Source: Camelus dromedarius (Eukaryota). Taken from it: a DNA stretch of 64,000 nt. A model generated the notes under the pieces. That model searched no databases. It was not told the DNA's origin and saw only the letters and a list, made by a program, of their open reading frames with translations. The stretch covers positions 55,368,001 through 55,432,000 of the forward strand of contig NC_087436.1 in NCBI RefSeq assembly GCF_036321535.1, read 5' to 3'. Of this stretch, positions 37,780 to 51,099 are shown piece by piece (the first letter of the stretch is position 1; every line of letters starts with the position of its first letter). A program made the position numbers and the translations under genes.

Positions 37780-40700
37780 CCGAAATAAATTAAGGAAATT
37801 TTAAATATATAGAAAAATTGAAAGGATATTACAGTGAATATCCGTATACTAATCACCTAGACTCTAACTTAATTAACATTACTATTCTTATTTTATTATG
37901 TATCTATCAACATATCTCTGGTTCTATTCATGCAAAATAGAATCTTTTTTTGGGTGTACCTTAAATTAAATTGCAGACATTAGATACTTCTCCCTAAACA
38001 CTTTAGCATGAATACTGTTGACTAGTTAAATATTTTTAAAAAAATTTTCCTGCATATAAAATATTTTCATGCATATAAAATTTACCTACATTGAAATACA
38101 CAAGTATTCCTTACATATTAGCTGAGCTTTGACAAATACGTACACTTCAAACTCTTTATCACGGTACAGATCGTTCTGATCACTGGAGAAAATTCCTTAA
38201 TATCACTTCATAGTCAATTCCTGTTTACTCTCCCTTGACAATACCACTGTTCTGACTGTATCCACCACAGTTTAGATTTTCCTTTTCTAATAACTTCTTC
38301 TAAATAGAATTATAAAATATACACTGCTTGTGTAAGGCTTCTTTCTCTCAACATCGTGTTTTTAGTTTAATTTAATTTAATTCAGATTCATTTTTTTTCC
38401 ATTTTTTAAATTGAAGTATAGCAGATTTACAGTGTTACATTAGTTTCTGGTGTACAGCATAGTGATTCGGTTATACACATTTTTTTTTTCATTACAGATT
38501 ACTACAAGCTATTGAATATTGTTCCCTGTGCTATATAGTAGGACCTTATTGTTTATTTATTCTGTAAATAGTAGTTTGTATCTGCCAGTCCCAAACTCTC
38601 AATTTATCCCTCCCTCCCTCCTTCCCCCTGAGTAACCATAAGTTTGTTTTCTATGTCTGTGAGTCTTGTTCTGTTTTGAAAATAAGTTTTATGTTATTTT
38701 TTTTTTTAGATTCCACATATAAGTGATATCATATGGTATTTTTCTTTCTCTTTCTGGCTTACCTCAGTTTGTAGAACAATCTCTAGGTCCATCCATTGCT
38801 GCTGCCAATGACATAGTTTTTATGGCTGAGTAGTATTCCATTGTGTGTGTGTATATACACACACACATATATACACATATACACACCACATCTTCTTTAT
38901 CCAGTCATCTGTTGATGGACATTTGACTACTGTACAAACTGCTGCTACGAGCACGGGTGCATGTATCTTTACAACTTAGTTTTATCCAGATATTTGTACA
39001 GGAGTGGGATTCCTGGATCATATGGTAACTCTATTTTTAGTTTTTTAAGGAACCTCAACACTGATCTCCATAGTGGCTGCAACAGTTTGCATTCCCACCA
39101 ATAGTGTAGGAGGGTTCCTTTTCCTCCATACTCTCTCTAGAATTTATTATTTGTAGACTTTTTGATGATGGCCATCTGGCGGGTGTGAGGTGATACCTCA
39201 TTGTAGTTTTAATTTACATTTCTGTAATAATCAGTAATGTTGAGCATCTTTTCATGTTCCTGTTGGTCATCTGTATGTTTTCTTTGGAGAAATGTCTATT
39301 TAGATCTTTTGCCCATTTTTTGATTGAGTTTGTTTGTTTGTTTGTTTGTTTGATAATGAGCCGTGTGAGCTGCTTATATATTTTGGAAATTAATCCCTTA
39401 TTGGTCATATCATTTGCAAACATTTTCACTCATTCTGTATGTTGTCTTTTTGTTTTGTTTATGGTTTCCTTTTCTGTGAAAAGTTTTTAAGTTTAATTCG
39501 GTTCCATTTTCAACAGTATGGTTTTGAGAGTCATTTATGTCATTGTGTACTTCAGGAATTCATTAATTTTTAATGCTCAGTACTATTCCTGTGTATGAAT
39601 ACTCTTCATTCAGTTTATCCATTCACCTTATGAATGACACCTGAATTCTTTGCAGTTTCTGGCTAGTATGAATAATGCTACTATTTAAAATACAAGTCAT
39701 TCAACATCAGCAAATAGAACAATAGAAAATAACAGAATATCATGTAACATTACAAGTCTTGTTGTGAGATTTAGATTTCATCTAGTATTGAAAATACTGG
39801 TCATATAGTACACATATATTCAGTTTTATAAGGGCATACTGGCTCATTTTCCAAAAAAGAATGTAGCATTTTACCTACTCACCAATGACATATGAGAATT
39901 CTGGTTATTCCATACCCCAGCAAAGCTTGGTGTGATAATTCTTTTACTTACTGCCCTTCTAATCCATGTGTACTAGTATTTCACTGTGATTTAATGTGAG
40001 TTTATTCAGTGGCTAATAATGCTGAACACTTATTCCTGGATATTGGTCATTTGTATATCTTCTTTTGTGAACTGTCTTTAAATCTTTTGCCAATTTTTAA
40101 TGGGGTTGTTTATCTTTTCATTATTGAGTTCTGGAAATTCTTTATATACCTTAGAAACCAGGATATGTTTCACAAATATTTCCTTTAACTTGATTAAAAG
40201 ATTTTACTTTTCATTATTTACAGTGTCTTTTGACGAGTGGAAGTTTTCATTTTTGGTAACTTTTTAAAAACTAACCTAATTCATTAGATTTTTGTAAAAT
40301 GTTTTAATTGCCAGTTTTCTTTACCCAAGAAACCTTTGTCTATCCTTGAAACATGAAGAATATTCTCTATGTTTTTCTCTAGAGGATGTTATAAAGATAG
40401 TTTTTAGTTTTAGTTCTGTGGTTGATCTTAATTTAATTTTTGTGTACAATGAGAAGTAGCAGATAAAAGTCCTCTTATTTTCCATATAAATCTCTTGTAA
40501 TTCCAGCATAAGTTGTTGAAACAGACACTCCACCCCTCATAGGATTGCTTTGGTGTCTAGAAAGAAAATCACCTGACCATATAAGTGGGGCTCAATTTCT
40601 GGACTCTATTTTGTCTATTATTCTCTTTGTAAATTACAGTCTTGATTGCTGTATCTTTATAGGAAGTACAAAGTTATGTAGTGTATGTTATTCAGCTCAG

Positions 40701-42520
40701 TTCTTGTTTTTCAAGATTGCTTTGGAGAGTCTAAACGTTTTCATTTCCATATGTTTTACACTTTTAGATTGTGCATTTCTAAAAAAAATTCCTAGTATTA
40801 TAATTGTGATTGCAATGAAATTATAGGTTAATTAGTGGAGAATTGACACCACTAATGAATCTTTAAATTCATGAACATAGTAGATATATCTCTATTTAAT
40901 TCAGCTCTTCTTTAGTTGTTGTAAGCAACAGAAGTCTTGTATGGCGTTTGTTTAACTATTGAGGCTTTCTGTTTTATCTTCGATCAGTTTTGGTAAATTT
41001 TAGAACTTCATTTTAACACTTTCGTAGTGCTGTATACTGGTAGTTATTTCTCTTAGTTACTTTTATCTTGAACTATCTTTAACCATTATTCTTGAAGGGT
41101 ATTTTCAATAGATTTAGAATTCTAGGTTAATTTTTTTCCCTTTTGGTGTTACAAATTGTTAAACAAGTCTTTTCTGTCTTCTATGGTTTGTGTTGAGAAG
41201 GCTGCTATCATTTGAATCATTGTTCCCCTGGATATAAGGCATTATTTTTTTCTGGATGTTGCCAAGACTTTTATTTATTGTTGGTTTTAAGTCATTTTAC
41301 TATGATGTGTCTAGGCTTGTTATTCTTATTATTTACCCAACTTGGGGGTTTTTGATCTCCTTACCTTTACAGATGTATAACTTTCACCAAATTGTAAAAA
41401 TTTTTCATTCATTATTTTTTTCAAACTTTGTTCTGACCCATTATATTTCTTTTCTCTCTCTTTTTTGTTTCCAATTACACACATGCTATTTTCCTTCATA
41501 TTATCCAGCCAATATTTAAGCTTATGTTCTTTTTTTATAATGATTTTTTTATTCTGTGGTCTTCAAATCAAATGATTTTTACTTATCTATTTCCAAACTC
41601 ACTGATTCTTTCCTTAATCAACTTTAAGTCAATTTAATTGCTTTTTTTTTTAAGATATAATGTTTTTCAGCTCTTTAATGTCTCTTGGTTCTCTTTGTAG
41701 TTTGTATTCATTGTTGAAACTTTCATTGCTTATTTCATTAAGTTCACATTTTCTTATACCTCATTTATCAGAGTTATAGTAGCTGCTTTTAGGTCATTGT
41801 CATTTCCAATATCTTGGGATTAGTATCTATTGATAGTTTTCTCCCTAAAGAATGAGTGGATTTTCCTTACTCTTCATATATCATGTAATTTAAAATTTTC
41901 CCAGATACTATAAATGTTATATTTTGGAGGTTAGGAATTCTGTTACATTCCTCTTAAGGATATTGATGTTTTTATTTTATCAGGCAACTAACTTGGTTAG
42001 ACTCAAAGTAAAACTTATTCTCATAGTCAACAACTCAAAACTCAGTTCAAATCCTTCTCCCCCAACCCCTCTCCCCACCTTAAGCAAAGTTTCTTTCAGT
42101 CTGTGCATGCATGCTGCAGTGAACAGCTAGACATTTGTAAAGAATTTATTCATAGAATATGAAGAGTACAACTCTGGACCTCTCATTGCTAGAACACTAC
42201 AACCGATTTCCAGGCTCTGTGGTTGCCCTATATTCAGTCCAAAGGCTATTCAGGCCCAGAAGGTCATAGATTTTCTATTAGCGTTATAGCTGCCCTGAGC
42301 AATGCTGACCGTGGTTTACTCTCAGGCTAAAAGCAATAAATAGGAAACTTGCTTGACACTGTTTAATTCTTCCATATTAAAATTCCCTCCATAGTATGCC
42401 CAGTCTTTTCACTGTACCAGAGTTTATTGTTCAGACCAGAGTGTGTAGTTTTTATTTGTGAGCTGATGAGTGTGTTAGGCATTACATGGCCATCCCAGAG
42501 GCAGAACTTCCGTCGTAGAG
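37780..42520 (-). mobile_element. Long, internally deleted old L1 (L1ME-type), interrupted by a younger L1
   Basis: L1ME 3' UTR at 37780-38362, resumes at 39510 through ORF2 remnants to ~40960, then 5' (ORF1/UTR-like) sequence to ~42520. Confidence 0.8.
38364..39509 (-). mobile_element. Young cetartiodactyl/camelid-type L1, 5'-truncated
   Basis: Same 3' end family as 27380-28054; ORF 39214-39429 ([18 protein letters not shown]...[19 protein letters not shown]) is the L1 ORF2p C-terminal region. Confidence 0.95.
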
Positions 42521-42648
42521 ATCTTCCTTTCTGTGGAGTTACGTGCTATTCTTTGTTATAGTGTCTAATAAGTATGATTGCTATATTTGGAGAGTCTCTA
42601 ATTTGTGTCTAAGCTATGCTCTAGACACTCTCATCAGTATATTTTATT

Positions 42649-42650
42649 TA

Positions 42651-42686
<36 letters not shown>
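42649..42686. repeat. (TA)n microsatellite
   Basis: Seen directly. Confidence 0.95.
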
Positions 42687-42691
<5 letters not shown>

Positions 42692-42869
42692 CTTTTCCCT
42701 TTATTCAAGTTGTGTAAGAAAGAAAAAATATAATTATAAACCATGGATAATGTTGTGCTCTTTAGAAATAATATATGATGTTGAGATAGAGAATAGAGAT
42801 TATTGAGAAGGTGGTATCTTCTAATTCTAGAAATTGATTGAATATGCTAATATGAGAGAGAATTTAATA

Positions 42870-43055
42870 TTTTCTTGGAATAATCTAAAGGCCAGCATGG
42901 CTGAATCTTAATGAGCAAGTGTAAGAATTACATTAGGTGCATTAGGTGAGATTGGGAAAATTAGTAGGGGCCAAATCAACCAGATGCTGTACAAATTTTG
43001 TTAAAGATACTGGCTTTAATTATAAATATAATGGGAGTCAGTTGAAGAATCTACA
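42870..43055 (-). mobile_element. L2 fragment
   Basis: 'aaggccagcatggctgaa...gtaggggccaaatca...gttaaagatactggcttt...aatgggagtcagttgaag'. Confidence 0.75.
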
Positions 43056-43636
43056 CCTTGCAGTGTCTGAATCGACTCTGCTCAAGCCCAGACTTGTTTG
43101 AAGTTTTATATATGATATTTAAAATGCACATAAAATCTAGCACATCTGTGTGGGCTCAAGTTAGAAATAACTATGTGTAGTGGGATACTACTACCAGAGG
43201 AATATTAACTTCTTAATAAAATTATTATAAAATGGTTACAGAGCAAAATTAAAATTTAATTTGGGGGAAACAATGTTAAAATCTTTAATATCAGTAAATC
43301 ACTTTGCTTTATAAGACATTTCTTTTCTTCCCTGTCCCATAGTGATTACTATTTTTCTGAAGTTCCAAACCTTGTATATGTGCACCAGAACTTGAAATTT
43401 AGATGCATTAGCCACCATTATTCATAGGGGATAGTTTTAGCTCTCTATCACTAATAGAGATTTACTGGAGGCAAATATCATATTGTCACACTACGTTTTT
43501 AAGCATACATTGTATGCACAAAAAATTATCATTAATTAATTATAAATTTCTGAACTCTTCTATATTTATAATAGAGTGGAAACATTATTTTTATAATGGA
43601 GTTTCATCTTAATTGAATAACCAACACATAACAGAC

Positions 43637-43765
43637 CAGTTTCTCAAATTTTATAAACCAATACTTTATTTTGATGAATATAATCATCTTGTTCCACTCC
43701 TCAGAGATTCTGATCTATCTATGTAGGAAGGTGGCCCACAATTCCTTTAAGAATCCTCTTCACTA
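43637..43765. mobile_element. Possible MER5-like hAT/Charlie DNA transposon remnant
   Basis: 'cagtttctcaaatttt' terminus-like start and 'ctcagagattctgat...gtggcccacaattc'. Confidence 0.4.
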
Positions 43766-43875
43766 GCAAAAAAAAAAAAAAAAAAAAAAAGGAAAAAGCT
43801 TTTCTTTTTTCATTCTATATTTATAAAAAAGATAGTTTTCACTTACTAAAATTAACATGTGTATTGAATGATAAG

Positions 43876-44475
43876 TCAGAAACTGAAGGATCTTAGCTTT
43901 TACCTTGCTTGTAAGCTAACAAATTAGCTTGATTTTATTTGTACACACACACACACATGCACACACAGCCCCACTTACAGAATACATAAGAAAATATGAG
44001 ATCCCTGGATCAGAGACAACATTTTTTACTCATAGCAAAAGTAGCAACTAGAACAACATTTTAGCACTGATTACTCAAATCCCAATCATCACAGAGTGAC
44101 ACAGTGGAGAACATATATTACGTGTACTTACAGTGACCTGGCTCACAGGAGAGAAAACTAAAAATTGGGAAACTCTCAATTTATTAGGGCAGTTGCTCAA
44201 CTGACTATCCTGCCTTCCAGAGAGACAGAGACAAAGACAGACCTTATCTTTACTTTGGAATGTAAATAAATGTCTCCAGGGAGTTGAGGAAGGATTTATT
44301 TTTCCTACCCTCACATTCCTCTGGAGAGAGAAAGATCTTTTTATCTACTATCCTAAAATGTTTCCTTAAAAAAAAACGTTTTTCTTATGAAAAAATCTTA
44401 ACTTTGCTGTAAATATCTTTGAAGATCAGCAACACACAGAAAAATCAGATATCCATGTAGAATTGTTTCCTAACT
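43876..44475 (-). mobile_element. LTR40-like ERVL LTR (diverged, with a (CA)n insert)
   Basis: Homologous to 33965-34335: 'tttaccttgcttgtaagctaacaaattagctt...ccctggatcagagacaac...ttactcatagc'; ends 'agaattgtttcctaac'. Confidence 0.75.
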
Positions 44476-44479
44476 ATAG

Positions 44480-46213
44480 TCACCTTGTCTTTATAACTAA
44501 GTGCCACCACTTGGCCCCTGCCATCCTGGTATCCCATTATCCTCATGCATTTAGAGATCCCAGTTTGATGGTAGTGTTCCCCACTGTAATTTCTGACCTA
44601 CATAAATTTATAATGACCATAGAACTCTTCAGAGTTTCTGGGGCTCTCCTCACAAATTTAGTTGTCACATTATGAAAGACAGGTCCTAAGGGCCCTTCTG
44701 GGATGACTGAGCAGGCCTTATCATAATAAATATATTGTAACATTCCAATCTCTCTAAGCCCTTGGACAACTTCCTCTGTAGTTTAGCAAGACAGTGTTGA
44801 TATTTTAACTTCATTTAGTATAGGCCATGTTAGAGTCCATGAGACAATCAAGCAAAACAGTTATTAGAGCCCTTTCTGACATCTTCAATCAAACACTGGG
44901 TCCAGAATCCCTGCTTAGTGGACCTGTGTCAATAAATGTGGCTTGATCTAACTTCATGTTCTTTCCACCATTGCCCACACCTTTAAAACCCATTCCCACA
45001 CATTTTCCCCAGATTTCTTATAATAATCATGTAGTTCTTTTGATGTATAGGGCACCTTTTCATGGATAACACTTTGTATCTCACTCTTTGGGACCTGTTA
45101 ATAATTGAGTCTAAGTATAGACCCAGTCCATACCAGTCAAGTCTGACTGTAGGTCTAGAAACAAAGAGACATGGCTGGGGTAGATCCTACATAACACCAG
45201 CGGTGCCTTGCAAGGAAGACTTTTGCTGGCAGAGAAGAATTTAGGTATTTGTCTTCCCCAGATCCATAATGATCTGCATGTATGTCCCCATTTGAATGGT
45301 CATGATCCCACTCTTTCCCAAACAATGCCTTCACATTAACAGAAAATACCCTGGGAGATAGGGAATTCAATTTGCCCTGTAATTCCACCATTCACAAAAT
45401 GAGACTGACATTTTTGTTTCCAGCTTTACTGAGATATAATAAACATATAACACTGTGTAAGTTTAAGATCTACAACACATTGATTTGATTCATTTATATA
45501 TTGCCAAATGATTATCACTGTAGCATTAGTTAACACCTTCATGCCATAGCATAATTACCAGTTCTTTTTTGGGGTGAGAGCATTTAAGATCTACTCTGTA
45601 GGAACATTCAAATCTATAATACAATATTATTAGCTACAATCATCATACCACATATTAGAGCCCCAGAATTTGTTAATCCTATAACTGGAAGTTTTCACCC
45701 TTTGATCAATATCTTCCCATCTTCCCCACCCCCAAACCTTGGTAACAACCTCTCAAACTGTTACTCTGAGACTCTGACTTTTGTTTTCAGAAATCTCAGC
45801 CTTGTGGCAATAGGAGATAAAAGTTTCTTTCAAGGCAGATATAGAAGCTTTCAGATCATTTATACGCAGCTTGACTTGGGAATTTGAAGCCCTGAGATTA
45901 TCCTTTTCTTTCCTCACTTTCCTCAGCACAATCCTTAGTTTCACTAAGATATTCTAAAGTGTCAAGTACATGGTCATGTAGAACATTCTCTTCTATATGT
46001 ATTTGATTAGGAGTATTCAAGGTGATATTTTGCATATCTCTATTGACAAATCATGCCATTGATTACGAGTGCCTTGTGTACTGCTGAAACAGTGGAGTCA
46101 TTAGGGTTTGAAACCTAAGCAGGGTAGAGAAGCAATTCAACAAAACCCAGAACCAGCTTAGAAAACTCATCCTTACCACGCTGTTCCCCTAGAACCACTC
46201 TCTTAGTGAAATC
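44480..46213 (-). pseudogene. gag: ERV-L internal region: primer-binding site/leader and decayed gag
   Basis: ORF pieces 45753-45944 (LRKVRKEKDNLRASNSQ...LKASISALKE), 45155-45391 (ELQGKLNS...VKALFGKEWD) and 44543-44743 (FVRRAPETLKSSMV...TVG) match recalled ERV-L Gag motifs in the correct order; stops and frameshifts between them. Confidence 0.9.
45410..45767 (-). mobile_element. L1MA9-like 3' fragment inserted into ERV-L gag
   Basis: 'cagctttactgagatataat...ggtgagagcatttaagatctactct...ataactggaagttt'; degenerate TSD gagactgacatttt (45401) / gagactctgactttt (45768). Confidence 0.9.
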
Positions 46214-46615
46214 GGTTATCAGTCAGGGTTCAAGAAGAGAAACAGAATCAGAAAGATGTATATAAAACAAGATTCATGGAAAGGAATTGACATATAATTG
46301 TGGGGCTTATAAGGCCGGTTTAAAATCCAAAGGGCTGATTACCAACAAGTGCAGGCCAGAACTCTTGCACAAAAACTGAAGCTGCTATCCATAGGTAGAA
46401 TTTCTTCTTCAGGGAAGCCTCCGTTCTGTTTTTAAGGCTGCTCAACTAATTAATTTATGCTCCCCCAGATTATCTAGAGTAATCTCCTTTACTTAAAGTC
46501 ACTGATTATGGATCATAATCACATCTATAAAATACCTTCACAGCAATGGCAAGATAAGTGTTTGAGTAACTGGTGACTGTAGCCTATTCAAATCAACATG
46601 TAAACTGTCTACATA
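46214..46615 (-). mobile_element. MLT2-family LTR (5' LTR of the ERV-L)
   Basis: 'tcagtcagggttc...agagaaacagaatca...cccagattatctagagtaatctcctttacttaaagtcactgatt...aataccttcacagcaa'. Confidence 0.9.
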
Positions 46616-46639
46616 ATAGAGAAACAGTTTATGATTTTG

Positions 46640-47200
46640 AAAACTGGTAAATAGAGTAAAATAATCAAATAGTATTACCACTCTTTCTTTAAGAACTGCA
46701 CCAGGCAGATAATAAATGTGGGGAAATATATCTGTATAAAAGTGTCCTAAGTGGTAACTGGAAAAGAAATGATGAAATAGAAAATCACCACTTAGCAATC
46801 CCAGTGCATTAATGGATCTAGTCTTTGAGCTCAAATATAAATGAGAGAAAACCAGACATTACCTGTCCCTGTCCTTGATGAAAGAACATACTGCCATTTA
46901 TAACCTTGCCAAAGAAGTGACTCTGAGTCCGATCAGGTCTCTATATTCAGCTGCCAATGTGCTGAAAATGCAAAGGAAAAAGGCACATTGTGAACTACAT
47001 TGTGCATACAAAATCAGCCAAATCCAGACTGGGAAATTCTTGGTATCAAATAGTCCAGGTTCATCAATGGATAAATTGTAAAGAAATGAAAAAAATATAT
47101 AAATAGGGGATTATGTGCTAAAGTTAATCTTAAAAACTATCATTTTTTAAGAACAAAACTATAGTGTTTAGGTATGCACACTTGGATGATAACCTGAAAA
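46640..47200 (+). mobile_element. Old L1M (L1MC4/L1ME-type) 3' UTR fragment
   Basis: 'gaaatagaaaatcaccacttagcaa...aatcagccaaatccagactgggaaattct...ttcatcaatggataaattg'. Confidence 0.7.
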
Positions 47201-47414
47201 ATAGCTGTGTGCCTGATAGATTATTTGTCCTATAGTTACACAGAGTATCAACTTCAATGTCTTACATTTCGTGACTCTCCTAATGGGAACCAGTTCTCCT
47301 CCTGTTTGGTAGATGAAATCCTTGTCAATTAGGATGTTTTGGTCCATGGATTCTTGAAAATGGAGGAAATACCAACTTGTAAGTTTTTCAGGTCCTAAAG
47401 AATTTTGATATCTA

Positions 47415-47930
47415 TTGTTTTGTGATGTTCAGCATCCATGTTACCCTCTTTTTTGTTCTAAAAACAGAGTTATCCAATTTTGTGGAGTCTGTCTTTAAGT
47501 TGAACTGACCCTATCACTCCTCCATGGGTTTGAGGCCATTGTACAGGTGCAGCATATCAGCTTATCAGCCCTAAGCTGCAGGACCTGATACAGGGAAGAG
47601 AGGGGATTCATTTACTCAACAAATATTTGGGACCAAATTAGATCAATCAGAGTTCTTCCAAGGACATTTTTTCATTGTAATAGAATGTCCCTTTCACATT
47701 GACACTGGTAAGCTGTTAGGATATGAGTCTGATTCTTCCAGGCTTTCTATCAATTATATGAAGAGAGAATCTGAGTATGAGGGAAATGGCCTTGACACCA
47801 TTGATTTCATGAATCCAGCAGGGCCTGACTCGTGGACTGTATTCTCCCCAGTTACATAAGCCAGCAGATTGTCTGTCATGTTCAAATTTGGTTTCTATTA
47901 TTTGTATCTAAAAGATTTTTCAATAACATA
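47415..47930 (+). mobile_element. Old MLT1-family MaLR LTR
   Basis: 'cagcatccatgttaccctc...gatcaatcagagttcttcc...ccagttacataagcca...tttggtttctattatttg'. Confidence 0.65.
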
Positions 47931-50408
47931 TTGGGAATATTTGAAGATTTCTAGAACCTAAAGGAATAGGGAGACTATAAAACTGTGTCTTTGCTAAAGA
48001 CTTGTGAGACATGAATTTTATGTGATACGAGAGAATAGCGTTGGAGGGAGATTTGAGAAAATAACTTCATACTGTAGCATATAAATGTGTTTGTAAAAAT
48101 GTGTTTTATTTTGTCAGATTTTTATCTAGTAAGATGTTAACAGTCAATAAAATGTCTTAAGATCCTACAGTGAACACACTGAAGTGACTCACCCAAGGTT
48201 ACAGAGTGGTAGGATTGCCTCAATAAATAAAACACATTTGCTCTTAGAAAAGAACATGAAATCAACCATTTCCAATGTATAGTACAATCTATTCAGAAAA
48301 TTATCCATTGAAGTTTCAAGTTAGTCTTTTCTTCTTAAAAAATCACTTACTAAATATAGTTTTTTAAAAATGAATATTGTGTTAGGATACTATATATAAA
48401 AACATATCTGAAACATTTCTTCAAAAACCTTTAAAAAGAAGACATCTCAAAGTTGCTAAATAGTAAAAAAAAAAAAAGTAAAATATTTTTAAAGTTTCTG
48501 CTAAAATTAGATCCTTTCACTTACTTTATTTATGAGAGTTTATTCACTAGTACTATTCCATAGAGGTAATGCATTAGGAAAAATTCTTAATACTGTGTTC
48601 GAAAGAAAAAAATATGTATTTTGTAAAAATATTTCTTTAAATCTCCAGCACTCTTTTGACCTTTCAAAATAGATATAACTCAGTTGTAAAGAGATAAACA
48701 CATATTGATAAAGCATTTATTAATATATAAAACTGTGATAATTCCAGAAGGTCTGCTTTTATAATCACTCTAATACAAGGACAATTTCCAAGAAGTGTTC
48801 TGAAGTCTAATAATTATCGGCCCAGATGCCAGTGGTGTCTGCGTGGGACAGCTGAATGAGCTGTCATGTCCGACAGAGTTGCCAGTCTTAAACCAGCTAT
48901 GACTCCCTTTTGTACACTTCTCTCTCTGGGGCATTAAAAAACTCTTAATTAGCTTTTGTCTCCAAGCAGGGCTTCATTTTTCATGTTGTTACTTCATTTT
49001 GCTAGGATTATTAGAGTCAAATTGACCTTGACATTTTGTTTATTGTAATAAATACATATATTTATGCAATTTTAAATTCAAGTTGTTAGTGTAACTAAGA
49101 TGAAATCAGAGGTTCATTAAAACACAAATGTCCCTTTAATACTGAAACAAGAATGTGTTATATGCAATTCAGAATCATGTCGAGATATGATAAATTAATC
49201 CAAAAATGAAAACCAATTTTTGAAGACTTCTTGATGACTTTAAAATGTCAAAAATGAATATGAATAGAAGAGAAGGTAGATACGATATTATGAACCTATA
49301 TTGCTGGTACAATTCTTGCATCAAATCTGTACTCCCACAATGGGAAAAAAAAAAAAAAAACCTGAATTAAGAATGGATTCTACTTACTCTAGAAAAAATT
49401 TAGAAAAATTGCTAAAATGCTGGTAGTTTTCAGAGCCTGGTATTTTTTAATAGTTTAACCTGAATGCGTTTTTATTGTACAGTGTCAATTTCAACTTACT
49501 TGAAATTTGTCACACGATAAATTTTGATTTGAGTCTCCATCTTCACTTAGGGTTCAGGATCAGTTAAAATATGTCAGCAGAATGAGCTGCTTATGAAAGT
49601 AAAGAGCCAATTGTCATTTACCTTTACAGATATTAATAGTGTGTTTAACAAGTAACAATATGCGTCCTCCTTTTAGCAAAGATGCTGCTTACTAATGACA
49701 TCTCATTGCTTCACACAGCAGGGGCTCTCATTCTATTTGGGCATAATGACTAAGCTAACATCAGTTTTTAAGAATGTATGATATCATTATTCATTACAGT
49801 ACTGCACTGAAGCTTCTTTTGGAAGGCACTAATGAACAAAATGTATATTTTAAAGACCCTCATTTTCCCCCTATATGCTTGAATTAAGCTGCAGTCTGCG
49901 ATGTTCAGAGAATTGAGTTATGTCCTAAAGCAATGCTTCTCTTGGAGTACATCACGCCTGGAGATTGGGCTCTGATTAGCCTCTGAGTTTTCTAATACAG
50001 TCTATTGATTTTCTGTTACTGTAGCTGCCATTGGATTTTTGTGTGCTGGTACAGGGCTTCTATCTTTTGCATGAGAGAATGATGAATGGTTGTCTGTGAG
50101 GCTCCAAGCACATACGTGTTTCCTCTTCAATAAGGACAACTGTCAATATCATTTAAGTGGAGAAAAACACTGAGGAACCTAGCACACTTATGGAACAATT
50201 TGGGTTTTCTTCATGTTCTCTGTTGATTCTAGCTAGTAAACTACATACATTTTATAAAAAGTTGACAGTGTTATTTGGTACTCTTAAATTCCCTTACTCG
50301 TATGGTGAGAAAAGAATAAACTTTATTTTAAAGGTAAAAAATGCAACTTTTGTGAAAGTATATTTCAATATTCATTTTTATTTTTCTATTGGCCACTGCA
50401 TTGATTTT

Positions 50409-50622
50409 TTTCTTTTTTTATTGAAGTATAGTCAATTTACAATGTTGTGTCAATTTTTGGTGTACAGCATAATAGTTCAGTCATATATATACATGCATAT
50501 ATTCATTTTCATATTCTTTTTCATCATAGGTTACTACAAGATATTGAATATAGTTCCCTGTGCTATACAGTAGAAACTTGTTTATCTATTTTATATGTAG
50601 TAGTTTGTATCTGCAAATCTCT
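50409..50622 (-). mobile_element. Very short young L1 3' end with 14-bp TSD
   Basis: TSD actgcattgatttt (50395-50408) / actgtattgatttt (50623-50636), followed by aa, giving a canonical TTTT/AA endonuclease site. Confidence 0.95.
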
Positions 50623-50696
50623 ACTGTATTGATTTTAAATACAAACAGACTAGGACTAAGACATAAACCAATATTCTGAACACTTTTTTTTTAATA

Positions 50697-50975
50697 CAAG
50701 AATAAGTACGAGAGATGTAATGTACAACATGATTAATCTAATTAACACTGTTGTATGTTATATATGAAAGCTGTTTAAAGAGTAAGTCCTGAGAGTTCTC
50801 ATCACTAGGAAAAATATTTCTGTTTTCTTTTACTTTGTATTTATATGAGATGAGGGACCTTCACTAACCTTACTGTGGTAATCATTTCATGATGTATGTA
50901 AATCAAATCATTATGCTATACATCTTCAAATTATACACTGCCGTATGTTCATTGTATCTCAATAAAACTAGTAGG
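50697..50975 (+). mobile_element. L1 3' UTR fragment (same family as 12900-13190)
   Basis: 'aataagtacgagagatgtaatgtacaacatgattaa...caaatcattatgctatac...tatctcaataaaact'. Confidence 0.9.
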
Positions 50976-51099
50976 GAAATTCTTGTTGTAAATGAATGAA
51001 TGCACAAGTCATAATCATCTGGGACTGCCTGCACTTTACACTAAGAAAAGGTTCATTTCAGTATCTGACTCTGAATTTTTTTCACTAAGGATACCAAAT

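Noticed and set aside
43768..43790. Poly-A run as possible processed-pseudogene tail
   Set aside because: No mRNA-like or small-RNA-like body upstream and no TSD; same for the A runs near 26630, 48465 and 49345
50157..50573. Longest ORF in the track (138 aa)
   Set aside because: GTG start, and it runs into an antisense L1 3' UTR; the hydrophobic tail comes from the T-rich repeat
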